From positions 178,589 to 242,588 of IMG/VR virus record IMGVR_UViG_3300048571_000088: a DNA stretch of 64,000 nucleotides. One strand, given 5' to 3'. The notes under the pieces are model-generated. The model made no database searches. It was not told the origin of the DNA and saw only the letters and a program-made list of their open reading frames with translations. The position numbers and the translations under genes are program-made. Positions 1 through 9,585 of this stretch are shown in pieces. Every line of letters begins with the position of its first letter. Position 1 is the first letter of the stretch.

Positions 1-12
1 ATTTATCTTCCG

Positions 13-633
13 TTGACTACTTTCACACTAACCACAAAAGAAGAAGTAATCGAGAGTTTTCTAGATTATAACTCCCTATCTGAAATTCCTTTCTCTGTGT
101 CTGATGAAGTAGAGAAGCAACCATACTCAGACTACTTAGATAGATACTCATATCAAATCTGTGAGAGTAATTTGAAATTCTCCACTATCAATACTGCAAC
201 GTACATGTATTTAACTTCTTCTGGATACTTACTTACACCTGTAAAGCAAGATTCACTAGATTGGATATGTACAATCACTAGAGCACCTAAAGTAACAGAA
301 AAGTATTTAAATCCTTATAAAGATAATATTAAAACTTCTCTTAATTTAAATAAGTATAATATCACTTCTAGTATTATATCATTCAATGAGACTCCGTATA
401 ACAAGTTAAACTACATGCTAAACGAATCTGATTTACTCTTAGGCAGAGTTCCTTATTTGAGTACAGAAACCTCTGTCACTTACATATCAAATAAGTTAAA
501 AGATTACGACACTATTCCTATTACCGCCAGCTTAAACTCTGATACACTTTCTTTAATTTCATACTTGAATATAGAGAAAACAACACCAAGAATCACAGAC
601 GAGTATTATAATTACGAAGAGGTGCCTACATGA
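13..633 (+). CDS. hypothetical protein, probably virion-associated; may be 5'-truncated by the window edge
   Basis: 206-aa ORF; first of a run of overlapping + strand ORFs; no motif recognised. Confidence 0.55.
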   Translation: MTTFTLTTKEEVIESFLDYNSLSEIPFSVSDEVEKQPYSDYLDRYSYQICESNLKFSTINTATYMYLTSSGYLLTPVKQDSLDWICTITRAPKVTEKYLNPYKDNIKTSLNLNKYNITSSIISFNETPYNKLNYMLNESDLLLGRVPYLSTETSVTYISNKLKDYDTIPITASLNSDTLSLISYLNIEKTTPRITDEYYNYEEVPT

Positions 634-1841
634 GCGCTATTAAAGAGTATCTAAATCAGTTTCAAGATCTTCTAGTAGGAATTAATCTTAAAGAGGAAGA
701 TCTCCCGTTAAAATATATTAAAGAAGAATTGGACTTACTAGAGAAAATTGTAGATAATGTAGCTACTAAAATAAACACACAAGATAATACAGTAACAAAA
801 GCTACAGAAGAATTACATAGTTTGTACTTAACTACTCTGGAATCATTAAGTAATAAAGTCGAGTATATAAGAGACACAGCAGAAGCATTTTCTAAATTAA
901 ATATAACGTATGATAGGAATAGCTTACTAGATTACAAAGTATTTAATTTACTACAGTCAGACACATGTGTTTATGATTATGAAAGTCAAGGTTATACACT
1001 CAGAAAAAACCCTGTGACGAGTAAGGCAACACATGACTCTACAGCAGTAGATAGAGTGGTATACAATACTAACAGTAGTTTACACGATAGTATTCAACTT
1101 AAACTTCCTGAAGCATATATCTATAACTCTGTAAGTGTCTCTGTACTAGGTGTTGACGGAGTAGTAAGAAACTACTACAAAGATCTAAGTACAATACCTG
1201 ATAAAACTTCAATTACTTTTACTCATGACGAGATAATTTCATCTACTTCGTTAGTTGTTAGCTTAGGGCACATATCCCCTGATGACTATACAGAACAAGA
1301 AAAATTAAACATGAATAATCAAGTAACTGTAGAACTTTGCCTCAGTAACTATTTACAGCATGGAAAAATAGAAGTCGATCCTGTTGAGCTATTAAGTGCT
1401 AAGTACTTGTCTTTTAATCAAACACTTACGTTAGGTGCTAACACATATTTAAATTATAATTTAAATATTAATGGAATTTCTTTTACTATTCCGGTAGGTA
1501 GTTCATACGTATGTAAACGATTAGATATGGTAAATTTTAAAGAAGTTGATAAGATTGTTAAGTTATATATCGGAGATCAATACACAGAAGAAGACCTGAC
1601 AGAAACTTCCTTGAAAGAAGTCGAAGAGAAGAACAGTAAATATATAGTATATATACCTAAAATTAAACAGAATATCATACTAAATAAGATTTTAAAAACG
1701 CTAGGAGGGACATCGTTTGCTCTGGTAAATCATAATCTTTCAAAATATATTGAAATAGAATTAAATATAGAGATGTATTCATTTGATAAGAATAACACAC
1801 CACTTTTAAAAAATATTATAGGGTTTACAAAGAATGAATAA
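630..1841 (+). CDS. hypothetical protein (putative structural)
   Basis: 403-aa ORF with GAGGTG RBS and ATGA overlap; helical N-terminus then beta-rich region, like 1834..3957 and 6005..7525. Confidence 0.6.
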   Translation: MSAIKEYLNQFQDLLVGINLKEEDLPLKYIKEELDLLEKIVDNVATKINTQDNTVTKATEELHSLYLTTLESLSNKVEYIRDTAEAFSKLNITYDRNSLLDYKVFNLLQSDTCVYDYESQGYTLRKNPVTSKATHDSTAVDRVVYNTNSSLHDSIQLKLPEAYIYNSVSVSVLGVDGVVRNYYKDLSTIPDKTSITFTHDEIISSTSLVVSLGHISPDDYTEQEKLNMNNQVTVELCLSNYLQHGKIEVDPVELLSAKYLSFNQTLTLGANTYLNYNLNINGISFTIPVGSSYVCKRLDMVNFKEVDKIVKLYIGDQYTEEDLTETSLKEVEEKNSKYIVYIPKIKQNIILNKILKTLGGTSFALVNHNLSKYIEIELNIEMYSFDKNNTPLLKNIIGFTKNE

Positions 1842-3957
1842 GTACACTACGAGAGTAGTATCTGATGTTAAAGAAGAACTAGTAGCTACTGTTAATCAAG
1901 CAACGACTAAATCAAATGATACGAGTGTAAAACTATTTAATACGTTAAACACTGTAGAAGAGAAGACTAACACATTTTTGAAGAGACTGACTGTGGTGTC
2001 AGATATGTTGTTAGATTTAAAGACAATTACAGGTGATGTTAAGAATCAAATTAATATTATCAGTTCAGGAGCTGTTTTACAAAAAACAGATATAGAGGTT
2101 AGTAGTAATGCAATAGAGGTATCTAAGGACACTCAAACGGAAATTCCATTCAACCATGAAAAAAGTGTTATACGTTCCATTCTTCCATTCTATCTTAAAG
2201 ATCAATCAGGTGTCCAGATATCTCAACGAGAAGTTTTTAAGTTCAATAAAAACTTCTCGATATCCTTCTCAAGGGTAGGGTACTCATTTTCAGTGGTTTT
2301 GGTATACCCTTATAAGGTATTTCTGAATTCGCTACTTTTAGATTTTCTTAATACCTATGAAGGGAATTTACCTGTACTGTCCTCACTCAAGTATTTAAAC
2401 GAAGATGGAAAGGAAGTTCAAGTGTTAGTAAACAACTTAAAAAGTATTGATCTCAATGATAAGTTAAGATTAGATAATAACTATAACTTAACTTTTGAGA
2501 CAGTATACACTGATCAACTTACGATTGAATTTTCTAATAAATCTCATAATTCTTTAAGTATAACAAGTATTAAGAGCTATTTAAATACTTATAAATCTAA
2601 TGGAGAAATCATATACGGTCCATTCAGTACTAAAAGTAGTATACTCAAAGCTTCAATTAGCAGTTCAAGTATTAGTGATCAAACGGAAATAAGTGTAAGT
2701 CACGATATGTCTTCTTGGATTAAAATGGATACAACTACATCACTCAATCTTTCGCAAGATAAGACAAAGGTAGTTTCATTTAACACTATAAATGATCGCT
2801 CATTTAAAACAGAGGAAGACGTTAAAAAACTCTATGTAAAGATTTCAATCAATCCTTTACAAGATACATCACTAAATACTGCATACAAGACGGTCAAGGA
2901 ATCAAACCTAAGTCGTACTCCATCTACTCTACCTAAAGATAAATACACGATATACGAAAAAAGGGAAAGAAGTAGATCTTATGGTGTACAAACCAATCTA
3001 GTTGCGTCTCTAGACTTAGTACCAACAGAAAGTATAGACTCTTTAGGATATCGTAATCAACTATATTCAATAGGTTTCGTAGACACACCTTTTTCATGTT
3101 CAGTAGCTAATAAAGAACAACGAGCTTATAAGTATGTAAACAAACTACTTAAAGTAGATTCTGGTATTATTGATGCAACTTATATTGACCCTAAAGAATT
3201 CAATATCTACGATATGCAAATCTTAGAAGTTAAAGACACTTATAGAAATAACTCCAGTCAAAATCTATGTATTAAATCTAATGTGCCAGAAGGGATGTAT
3301 AAGATAGTAGTAGGTTCAAAGACACTGTCACTAGACTTAACATCAGGCTATATTAACAATAGTTTAAATCTTGTCGTTTCCGTCCCTTACTCAGATGTAA
3401 AAATACTGAACGAAATAAATGAAGTAGTGTTTAATATTCAAAAAGAATCACTTAACAAGTACACAGAGGACGAAGTAGACTACTACTATTTAGATTTGTC
3501 TAATTATCTATTTCATACAATAGTAATATCAGGAATGAAACATAGTGTCTTGTACCCTTCGCTCCCACTAAATACCGATGAGTTTTCCTTACTAAACGGT
3601 TCTTTAGTTTTCAGTGATAGTAATGAGTATGAAGTAGATATCTTCCAGTTAGCAAAAAAAGAAGTAGTCTATACAACACATCTTAGCTACTTAAATGGAA
3701 ATTACCTAAAAAGAGAAGAAGACGATAGTACTACTTATAATTTTACAGTAGTAAAAGATAGTAGGAGCATAATAAAACTAAATCATGTATTAATTAAAAA
3801 CGGATCAGTAGTAATTACAAACGTAGCAACAGAAGACACTGAGCAGTACACACCACAACTAACTCCAGCCGTATCTTATCTAAATCTAGGACAGGATCAA
3901 GAACTGGTATATTTAAGTACAGATACAGACAACCCTGAAATTTATTTAGAGATCTAA
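1834..3957 (+). CDS. hypothetical protein (putative structural)
   Basis: 707-aa intact ORF coupled to neighbours; function inferred from context only. Confidence 0.6.
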   Translation: MNKYTTRVVSDVKEELVATVNQATTKSNDTSVKLFNTLNTVEEKTNTFLKRLTVVSDMLLDLKTITGDVKNQINIISSGAVLQKTDIEVSSNAIEVSKDTQTEIPFNHEKSVIRSILPFYLKDQSGVQISQREVFKFNKNFSISFSRVGYSFSVVLVYPYKVFLNSLLLDFLNTYEGNLPVLSSLKYLNEDGKEVQVLVNNLKSIDLNDKLRLDNNYNLTFETVYTDQLTIEFSNKSHNSLSITSIKSYLNTYKSNGEIIYGPFSTKSSILKASISSSSISDQTEISVSHDMSSWIKMDTTTSLNLSQDKTKVVSFNTINDRSFKTEEDVKKLYVKISINPLQDTSLNTAYKTVKESNLSRTPSTLPKDKYTIYEKRERSRSYGVQTNLVASLDLVPTESIDSLGYRNQLYSIGFVDTPFSCSVANKEQRAYKYVNKLLKVDSGIIDATYIDPKEFNIYDMQILEVKDTYRNNSSQNLCIKSNVPEGMYKIVVGSKTLSLDLTSGYINNSLNLVVSVPYSDVKILNEINEVVFNIQKESLNKYTEDEVDYYYLDLSNYLFHTIVISGMKHSVLYPSLPLNTDEFSLLNGSLVFSDSNEYEVDIFQLAKKEVVYTTHLSYLNGNYLKREEDDSTTYNFTVVKDSRSIIKLNHVLIKNGSVVITNVATEDTEQYTPQLTPAVSYLNLGQDQELVYLSTDTDNPEIYLEI

Positions 3958-3958
3958 T

Positions 3959-5422
3959 ATGACAGAAATAACAAACTTACTAGGCAAGCAAATTAAAGAT
4001 TTGCAGCTTACTCCTTCTTTGACTTCAGCTACTGCAATACCAATTCAAAAAGGGTCGGTGACAACTGAAAAGACAACTATGCAAGGGATTGAAAACTATC
4101 TTTTAATTCCTGAAAAGATTGAAAATGCTGTAGAGTCACATACAAACAGTGTTGATCCGCATGGAGACAGAGTATACAGTACTACACAACTTAATAATCA
4201 CAAACTAGAAGTTGATCCTCACGGTCATAAAGCATATGCAGATAATAGTGTATTAGTACATAGTCAATCTACAGATCCTCATGGAGACAGATCGTATGTT
4301 AATTCAGCATTTAGTGCTCATAATTCACAAGCAGACCCACACAACCATAAGAACTACACAGAAGTATCTATAACAACACACAACCTAGATGAAGACTCCC
4401 ACAATATTGATCAAAGAATAGATACAAAAATAGAAGCAAAAGAAGGCGTAGAAAGAGGTTTTGCTCCTCTTGATAGCTCTTTACTTGTTCCTTCCATGTA
4501 TTTACCAACTCAAATAGATAAAGTTTCCTTTGTTTACTCTCTACCTATCCTAGGAAGCCCTAGTAAAATATATATAAACTATGCAGATGATAATATATAT
4601 TACTGGTCAGGTACTATGTATAAAAAACTAGCTAGTATCAATATAGGCGGAGTTACACTCACTACTGATCAAGTTACTGAATCTACAAGCAACTTAAATA
4701 AACGTTATTTCACGGAGTCTAGAGAAAATATTCTCACTAACTTAATAGGTACTAAAGTAACAAGTGGAATATCACTAGGAGGAGCAAATGCTGTTTTTAA
4801 AGATAAGACAGGAAGTACACTTAACTTTAAAACTATAGAGGCTGGAGATGGGATAGAAATAACAGCATCAACAAATAAACTAGTAATAAGTAAGATTGCA
4901 GATTCAGTAATAGAAGATGTTCCTATTGATTTTTCACTCCAAACTAGAACATACTCAGGAGAATTAACAAAACAATTAACTACTGATGGACTAGAATTAG
5001 ATACAGCTACATACTCTAATACTTTAAGTTACCCAACTAATGGACTAACACAATATTCTGGAAGACTAATAGTAACTAAGATTAAACAAGGAAGTGGAAC
5101 ATTAGAGCAAGTAGGAAAGTACAATAAGATAGAAGAGATTAAAACATGGAAGGTTGACTTATTAATTAAGTCAGTTACAGAATGGGCAGGAGTTGGATCT
5201 ACAACTGAAAGTGCAACTATTGAAGTTCAGAGTATGATAGATGATATGCCAGCAGGAGCAGGATCAAGTTACACTGTAAGTTATTCTTTAGATCAGACTT
5301 CAAAAGCACTAATCATAAATTGTACGACAGTTTCTGAATTAAACTACGTATACCTATGGAAGGCAACTTTTAAGAAAACTTATCTAGAATATCCAATCGA
5401 AGGAACAATTGTACATGTCTAA
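3959..5422 (+). CDS. putative tail/neck fibre-like structural protein with DPHG repeats
   Basis: 487 aa; H-x4-DPH repeats; GFAPLDSS..VP..YLP and FKTIEAGDGIEITA segments resemble phage fibre proteins. Confidence 0.6.
   Translation: MTEITNLLGKQIKDLQLTPSLTSATAIPIQKGSVTTEKTTMQGIENYLLIPEKIENAVESHTNSVDPHGDRVYSTTQLNNHKLEVDPHGHKAYADNSVLVHSQSTDPHGDRSYVNSAFSAHNSQADPHNHKNYTEVSITTHNLDEDSHNIDQRIDTKIEAKEGVERGFAPLDSSLLVPSMYLPTQIDKVSFVYSLPILGSPSKIYINYADDNIYYWSGTMYKKLASINIGGVTLTTDQVTESTSNLNKRYFTESRENILTNLIGTKVTSGISLGGANAVFKDKTGSTLNFKTIEAGDGIEITASTNKLVISKIADSVIEDVPIDFSLQTRTYSGELTKQLTTDGLELDTATYSNTLSYPTNGLTQYSGRLIVTKIKQGSGTLEQVGKYNKIEEIKTWKVDLLIKSVTEWAGVGSTTESATIEVQSMIDDMPAGAGSSYTVSYSLDQTSKALIINCTTVSELNYVYLWKATFKKTYLEYPIEGTIVHV
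4133..4432 (+). repeat. 5 x 60-bp (20-aa) degenerate coding repeat
   Basis: ESHTNSVDPHGDRVYSTTQL / NNHKLEVDPHGHKAYADNSV / LVHSQSTDPHGDRSYVNSAF / SAHNSQADPHNHKNYTEVSI / TTHNLDEDSHNIDQRIDTKI. Confidence 0.85.
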
Positions 5423-6008
5423 CTATAAAGAAGTATTATTTATAGATGGAAATAAAGAATTTAATTTAAATGAGGTGGTGAGTGAATTACTACCTCAAAA
5501 TTCTTATATATTTCCCTTAAAAGAAAGACCAACAGAAGACACAATATTATTCTCAGGTAGTACCACACTCTTTAAAAAACAAGTATACAAAGAGGAAGAT
5601 CTAAGTACAGTAGGTAACTATCTAATAGAGAGAGTAGGATCAACTTGGAGAGTACGTGTTGATAGGGCTTATAAAACTTCTAGTACCACATTTACATACA
5701 TAACATATACAAGTAAATATGAGACTAAAGTAAATGGATTGTATTCCGTAGACTACAAGAAAGGAATCATGTATACATCTTCACCGATAAAGAATGTAAA
5801 AATAAGTTATAAACATTCTATACAATACTATGAAGGTAAAGGTATGTACCAGTTGTCTCCAAAATCGTACTCAGATACAGAAACTCCAGTAACAAACAAT
5901 GAACTTTTCCATGTGTATCAAACACAAGATGAAAGTATAAGTACAAGTACAAATGAACGAGTAGAAAATCCAATACTCAATTTAATTACACTAGAAGATA
6001 ATATATGA
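5415..6008 (+). CDS. hypothetical protein (putative structural)
   Basis: ATG at 5415 behind AGGA; YSVDYKKGIMY resembles beta-repeats of phage structural proteins. Confidence 0.55.
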   Translation: MSNYKEVLFIDGNKEFNLNEVVSELLPQNSYIFPLKERPTEDTILFSGSTTLFKKQVYKEEDLSTVGNYLIERVGSTWRVRVDRAYKTSSTTFTYITYTSKYETKVNGLYSVDYKKGIMYTSSPIKNVKISYKHSIQYYEGKGMYQLSPKSYSDTETPVTNNELFHVYQTQDESISTSTNERVENPILNLITLEDNI

Positions 6009-7525
6009 TATATAGAGATATATTTTTAAAAGGGTTATACGAAGAGAATCAGAATATCTATAGTAAATACTATTTAGAGAATTTATTAAATAATCAGTAT
6101 AATAAGATAGAAAAGAGTAGAGCAGATAATAGAGAAAATATAGAGAAATTAACTAATATATTAACTAATATAGATTATGATTTGTATAAACTTAACAATA
6201 AACTAAAAGATGCTTTAGATGTATTAAAAAAGAGTATAGTAGGAGAGAGGAATTTTATAGGTTATATATACAGTACAAATATACCTTTAAATAAAAGTTT
6301 TATAAGTGATGTTACTACAGCTACTGTACAGAGTAATATCGTATACGGAGCAACAATAGAAAAGGAAATTAAAGAACTCACATACTTAACATATAAAGAT
6401 ATAAGTAGTGAAACACTAAACATAGTTCCTAATACGCACAGTTTAGCTACTTTAAAAGATTTTAATATCTATAGTAAAGACAATAAACAGATACATGAAC
6501 TATCATTTAATGTAGAAAAGTTTCTTAAGACTTCATTTATACTTGAGTTCAAAGATCATCAACTAATTGAAATTCTTATTGATGATACATTAACAATAGA
6601 AAAAAGCTTAAGAAAAAGTATACTACTACCTATAAATAATAAGTCACTAATAGTCAGAATACATAGTATCAAATCGACTAATCAGACTGTACATATTAAA
6701 AAAATAGGAGTAAGTAATAAAGTATACGAGTCTACAACTGTATACGAAAGTTCACCTATACAGATAAACAAGGAACTGGAATACATCAATCTTGAGATAT
6801 GTGATAACACATCTAAGAATGTCGATATACAGTACGAAATAAAAATTAATAACGGAAATTATGAATTATTCGAGTCAAACAAAAATAATTTAAAAACATA
6901 TCAAAACGTAATTAAATTAAATAAAAGTTCAACACTAGAGACACTTGAAGTCGAGGGACTTAAAGAAAATGAAGACGCATATAAATTCTATATACCTGTA
7001 ACAGGAGAATCTAATTCATATACTGTAGATGTACGTTTAAAGAATAATCTAATAAAACGTAATAAAGAATTATTTATAGTTGCATTAGAAGATACAAACA
7101 TAGTTATAAATAATATAAAAGGGAATTCTATGAACAGAGTATTCATAGATAATAAAGAAATAACCACACAAACTGAAATAATCCCTAAAGGAATACGAAG
7201 TGTTGTAGTATTAGATGGAACAGGATCTAATGTAATTGAAATCACTGAAGATGCTTACACCTATTTAAATACAATCTTTAAAACAATCTATATTAGTAGT
7301 TTAAAGAAACAAGTATTTAAAGACTCCAAAGGAAGTTTTATAGTATTAACTAACACAGAGTTAAAAGAAAGTTTTAACTTACTAAGTAAAGATAAATTTT
7401 ATGCATACTTTAACAGTAATAAACACACATTAAGAGTACAAAATATTCAAGTAAAAGCTACTATGAAATCTTTAGATAAAAGTACTTGCCCATACATAAG
7501 CAAAATAATAGTAAAAGGAATGTAA
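6005..7525 (+). CDS. hypothetical protein (putative structural)
   Basis: 506 aa; C-terminus (MKSLDKSTCPYISKIIVKG) resembles that of 630..1841 (MYSFDKNNTPLLKNIIG). Confidence 0.55.
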   Translation: MIYRDIFLKGLYEENQNIYSKYYLENLLNNQYNKIEKSRADNRENIEKLTNILTNIDYDLYKLNNKLKDALDVLKKSIVGERNFIGYIYSTNIPLNKSFISDVTTATVQSNIVYGATIEKEIKELTYLTYKDISSETLNIVPNTHSLATLKDFNIYSKDNKQIHELSFNVEKFLKTSFILEFKDHQLIEILIDDTLTIEKSLRKSILLPINNKSLIVRIHSIKSTNQTVHIKKIGVSNKVYESTTVYESSPIQINKELEYINLEICDNTSKNVDIQYEIKINNGNYELFESNKNNLKTYQNVIKLNKSSTLETLEVEGLKENEDAYKFYIPVTGESNSYTVDVRLKNNLIKRNKELFIVALEDTNIVINNIKGNSMNRVFIDNKEITTQTEIIPKGIRSVVVLDGTGSNVIEITEDAYTYLNTIFKTIYISSLKKQVFKDSKGSFIVLTNTELKESFNLLSKDKFYAYFNSNKHTLRVQNIQVKATMKSLDKSTCPYISKIIVKGM

Positions 7526-7526
7526 C

Positions 7527-7964
7527 ATGAATGATACAATTCAAGAACTGTACACTGTAGTTAATAACTCCGATACAATTGTAGAATTAACTAGTAACTA
7601 TGTAGTTGGTACTGTACAAGTAACTTATGAGTCTACAGGAGATCCATTAGATTTTAATGAACTAGGAAATAATTTCATTGAACTGATAGATGCTGTTTTT
7701 ATAGGTGACAAACTTATAATCAACTATAAAAGATTAATACCATACTCTGTAGATGGACTATTAAAAACTGTAGAACACCTAAGTGAAGAAGTAGCTACAC
7801 TAAAAGAAACTGTAGCTACTTTAACCTTATCGTTAGACAACAGAATAAACATAGAAACATTTACGGCTTGGAAAAAGATGGTAGAAAAAAAGCTTAATAT
7901 TAATTTAGACGAGGACGTTTTCTACAAAGATTATCAAATCAATCGTTCATTCAAGCTTAAATGA
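7527..7964 (+). CDS. hypothetical protein
   Basis: 145 aa; last + strand gene; converges on and overlaps 7947..8582. Confidence 0.55.
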   Translation: MNDTIQELYTVVNNSDTIVELTSNYVVGTVQVTYESTGDPLDFNELGNNFIELIDAVFIGDKLIINYKRLIPYSVDGLLKTVEHLSEEVATLKETVATLTLSLDNRINIETFTAWKKMVEKKLNINLDEDVFYKDYQINRSFKLK

Positions 7965-8582
7965 TAGTGTATCCATATAATCAGAATAGATTTCATCTGA
8001 AACTTGGTCATATCTATAAAATTCTGTAGTTACAAAATTAACAGGTCGATCTTCAATAAGATGCTGATCTGCTCGCCCTAACGCATAATACAAATACTTT
8101 GAAAAATGCGTGTCAAAAAATGCTAAATAACTAGCACCATCAAAACAATATTCACTGTGAGCACCATTATAGTACCTTGAAATAGCTAAAGAAAAAGCTA
8201 AATTCCAGTTTCTTAATAATAAGTTCCAGTGATTATTGTTTCTCAATGCACCACAAGAACACATAAATCTTATAAACATAGGATCGTTCTTGTGGTTCAA
8301 TAGTCTCTCTAGATTTACATCTAAATCCCAATAAAAAGTAACTAAGAAAGTAAAAAATAAATCTATATCTTTTTTAGTAGATTGCCTCCAATAATTAGAT
8401 AATTTAGGAGAACGATCCAAAAAAGTCTTAGTATTACTTTTATCACCAATCAAAATTAAATCTTTAAAATCACTAAACTGATATTTACTATTGTACCTAT
8501 CTGAAGCCATATCAGTAATACAACCAGAAAGATCAGAAATAACTTTAAAATCTGGTTGAACAATATTAGCTTTTGTTACCAC
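7947..8582 (-). CDS. hypothetical protein
   Basis: 211-aa ORF. Confidence 0.55.
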   Translation of the reverse strand: MVTKANIVQPDFKVISDLSGCITDMASDRYNSKYQFSDFKDLILIGDKSNTKTFLDRSPKLSNYWRQSTKKDIDLFFTFLVTFYWDLDVNLERLLNHKNDPMFIRFMCSCGALRNNNHWNLLLRNWNLAFSLAISRYYNGAHSEYCFDGASYLAFFDTHFSKYLYYALGRADQHLIEDRPVNFVTTEFYRYDQVSDEIYSDYMDTLSFKLE

Positions 8583-9328
8583 AAATAAACACCAACAGGT
8601 GTGTGAATAAAAACAGAAAAAGTATCTTTAATATTCAACTTAATAAGTCTCACTAATTCTTCTTTTGTAGTGGAGTCTGAAAGAACAGTAGAAGGATACC
8701 AACGCGCAGGAAGATACTTCATCAACTTTTTATTCTTGTGTAAAGATGATAACTTTACTTGATTAAATAGACTACCTAGTGAATAGATAATAGGTTTTCC
8801 TTTGTACAGAACAAACTTAAAAACAAAATCTACGTAACCTAATCTATATAAAATGTTACTTAGTTTTTGAGCTGCCGATTTAAATTTAAATCCTGAATAT
8901 TCTTTAACTGTTAAAGAATAAATCGAGTGTAAGGAGTATCTAGGTATTAAGTAAAAATCTGAGATAAAAACAGACAAAGAACTTGTATTAGGTAGAGAAT
9001 CCAACTTAATAACACTTTCCTTTTTTACATTAATTAAAGGTATATACGCTGTAAGATCTATTTTGTTTTTAATCAAGTAGTCAGCAGAACCTGATAAATC
9101 TTTAGTAAAATATAAAGAGTTATCTTTAAATAAAATAAAAGGATATGCCTCTAACAAAGGCATATAAATATCATCTGTACAATAAATAGAAGTATGAGAA
9201 GTCCTATTAAAAGTACTAATACCTAATTTATTAAAGATGTTAAAAAATGTTAAAAAAGAGTCTTCAAACAAAGAATTCTTTTTAAAACAAAGATGAAGCT
9301 TTTTATTATACAGTTCAAGAGTAATCAT
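8576..9328 (-). CDS. hypothetical protein
   Basis: 250-aa ORF coupled to neighbours. Confidence 0.55.
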   Translation of the reverse strand: MITLELYNKKLHLCFKKNSLFEDSFLTFFNIFNKLGISTFNRTSHTSIYCTDDIYMPLLEAYPFILFKDNSLYFTKDLSGSADYLIKNKIDLTAYIPLINVKKESVIKLDSLPNTSSLSVFISDFYLIPRYSLHSIYSLTVKEYSGFKFKSAAQKLSNILYRLGYVDFVFKFVLYKGKPIIYSLGSLFNQVKLSSLHKNKKLMKYLPARWYPSTVLSDSTTKEELVRLIKLNIKDTFSVFIHTPVGVYLW

Positions 9329-9585
9329 TTAATAACCTTAAGAGATAAGTTAGATGAATCAATAGTAAACGATTTATATTTACTATTGATCACAGTTTCT
9401 TCATTAATTGATACTGTACGTAGTTGATCAGTATTCATATTAGCTTGTAAAACAACACGGAAAGATAAATTTGAGAGTAGTTCAGTCAAATAGAATTTTT
9501 CAGTTAGTGTTAATCCTACTGTGTTCTCAATTGAGAACACGTCAGGAGTTAAAGTACAACTAAAAATTAAATCATCATCTATCAT
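9325..9585 (-). CDS. hypothetical protein
   Basis: 86-aa ORF with ATGA overlaps on both sides. Confidence 0.5.
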   Translation of the reverse strand: MIDDDLIFSCTLTPDVFSIENTVGLTLTEKFYLTELLSNLSFRVVLQANMNTDQLRTVSINEETVINSKYKSFTIDSSNLSLKVIK

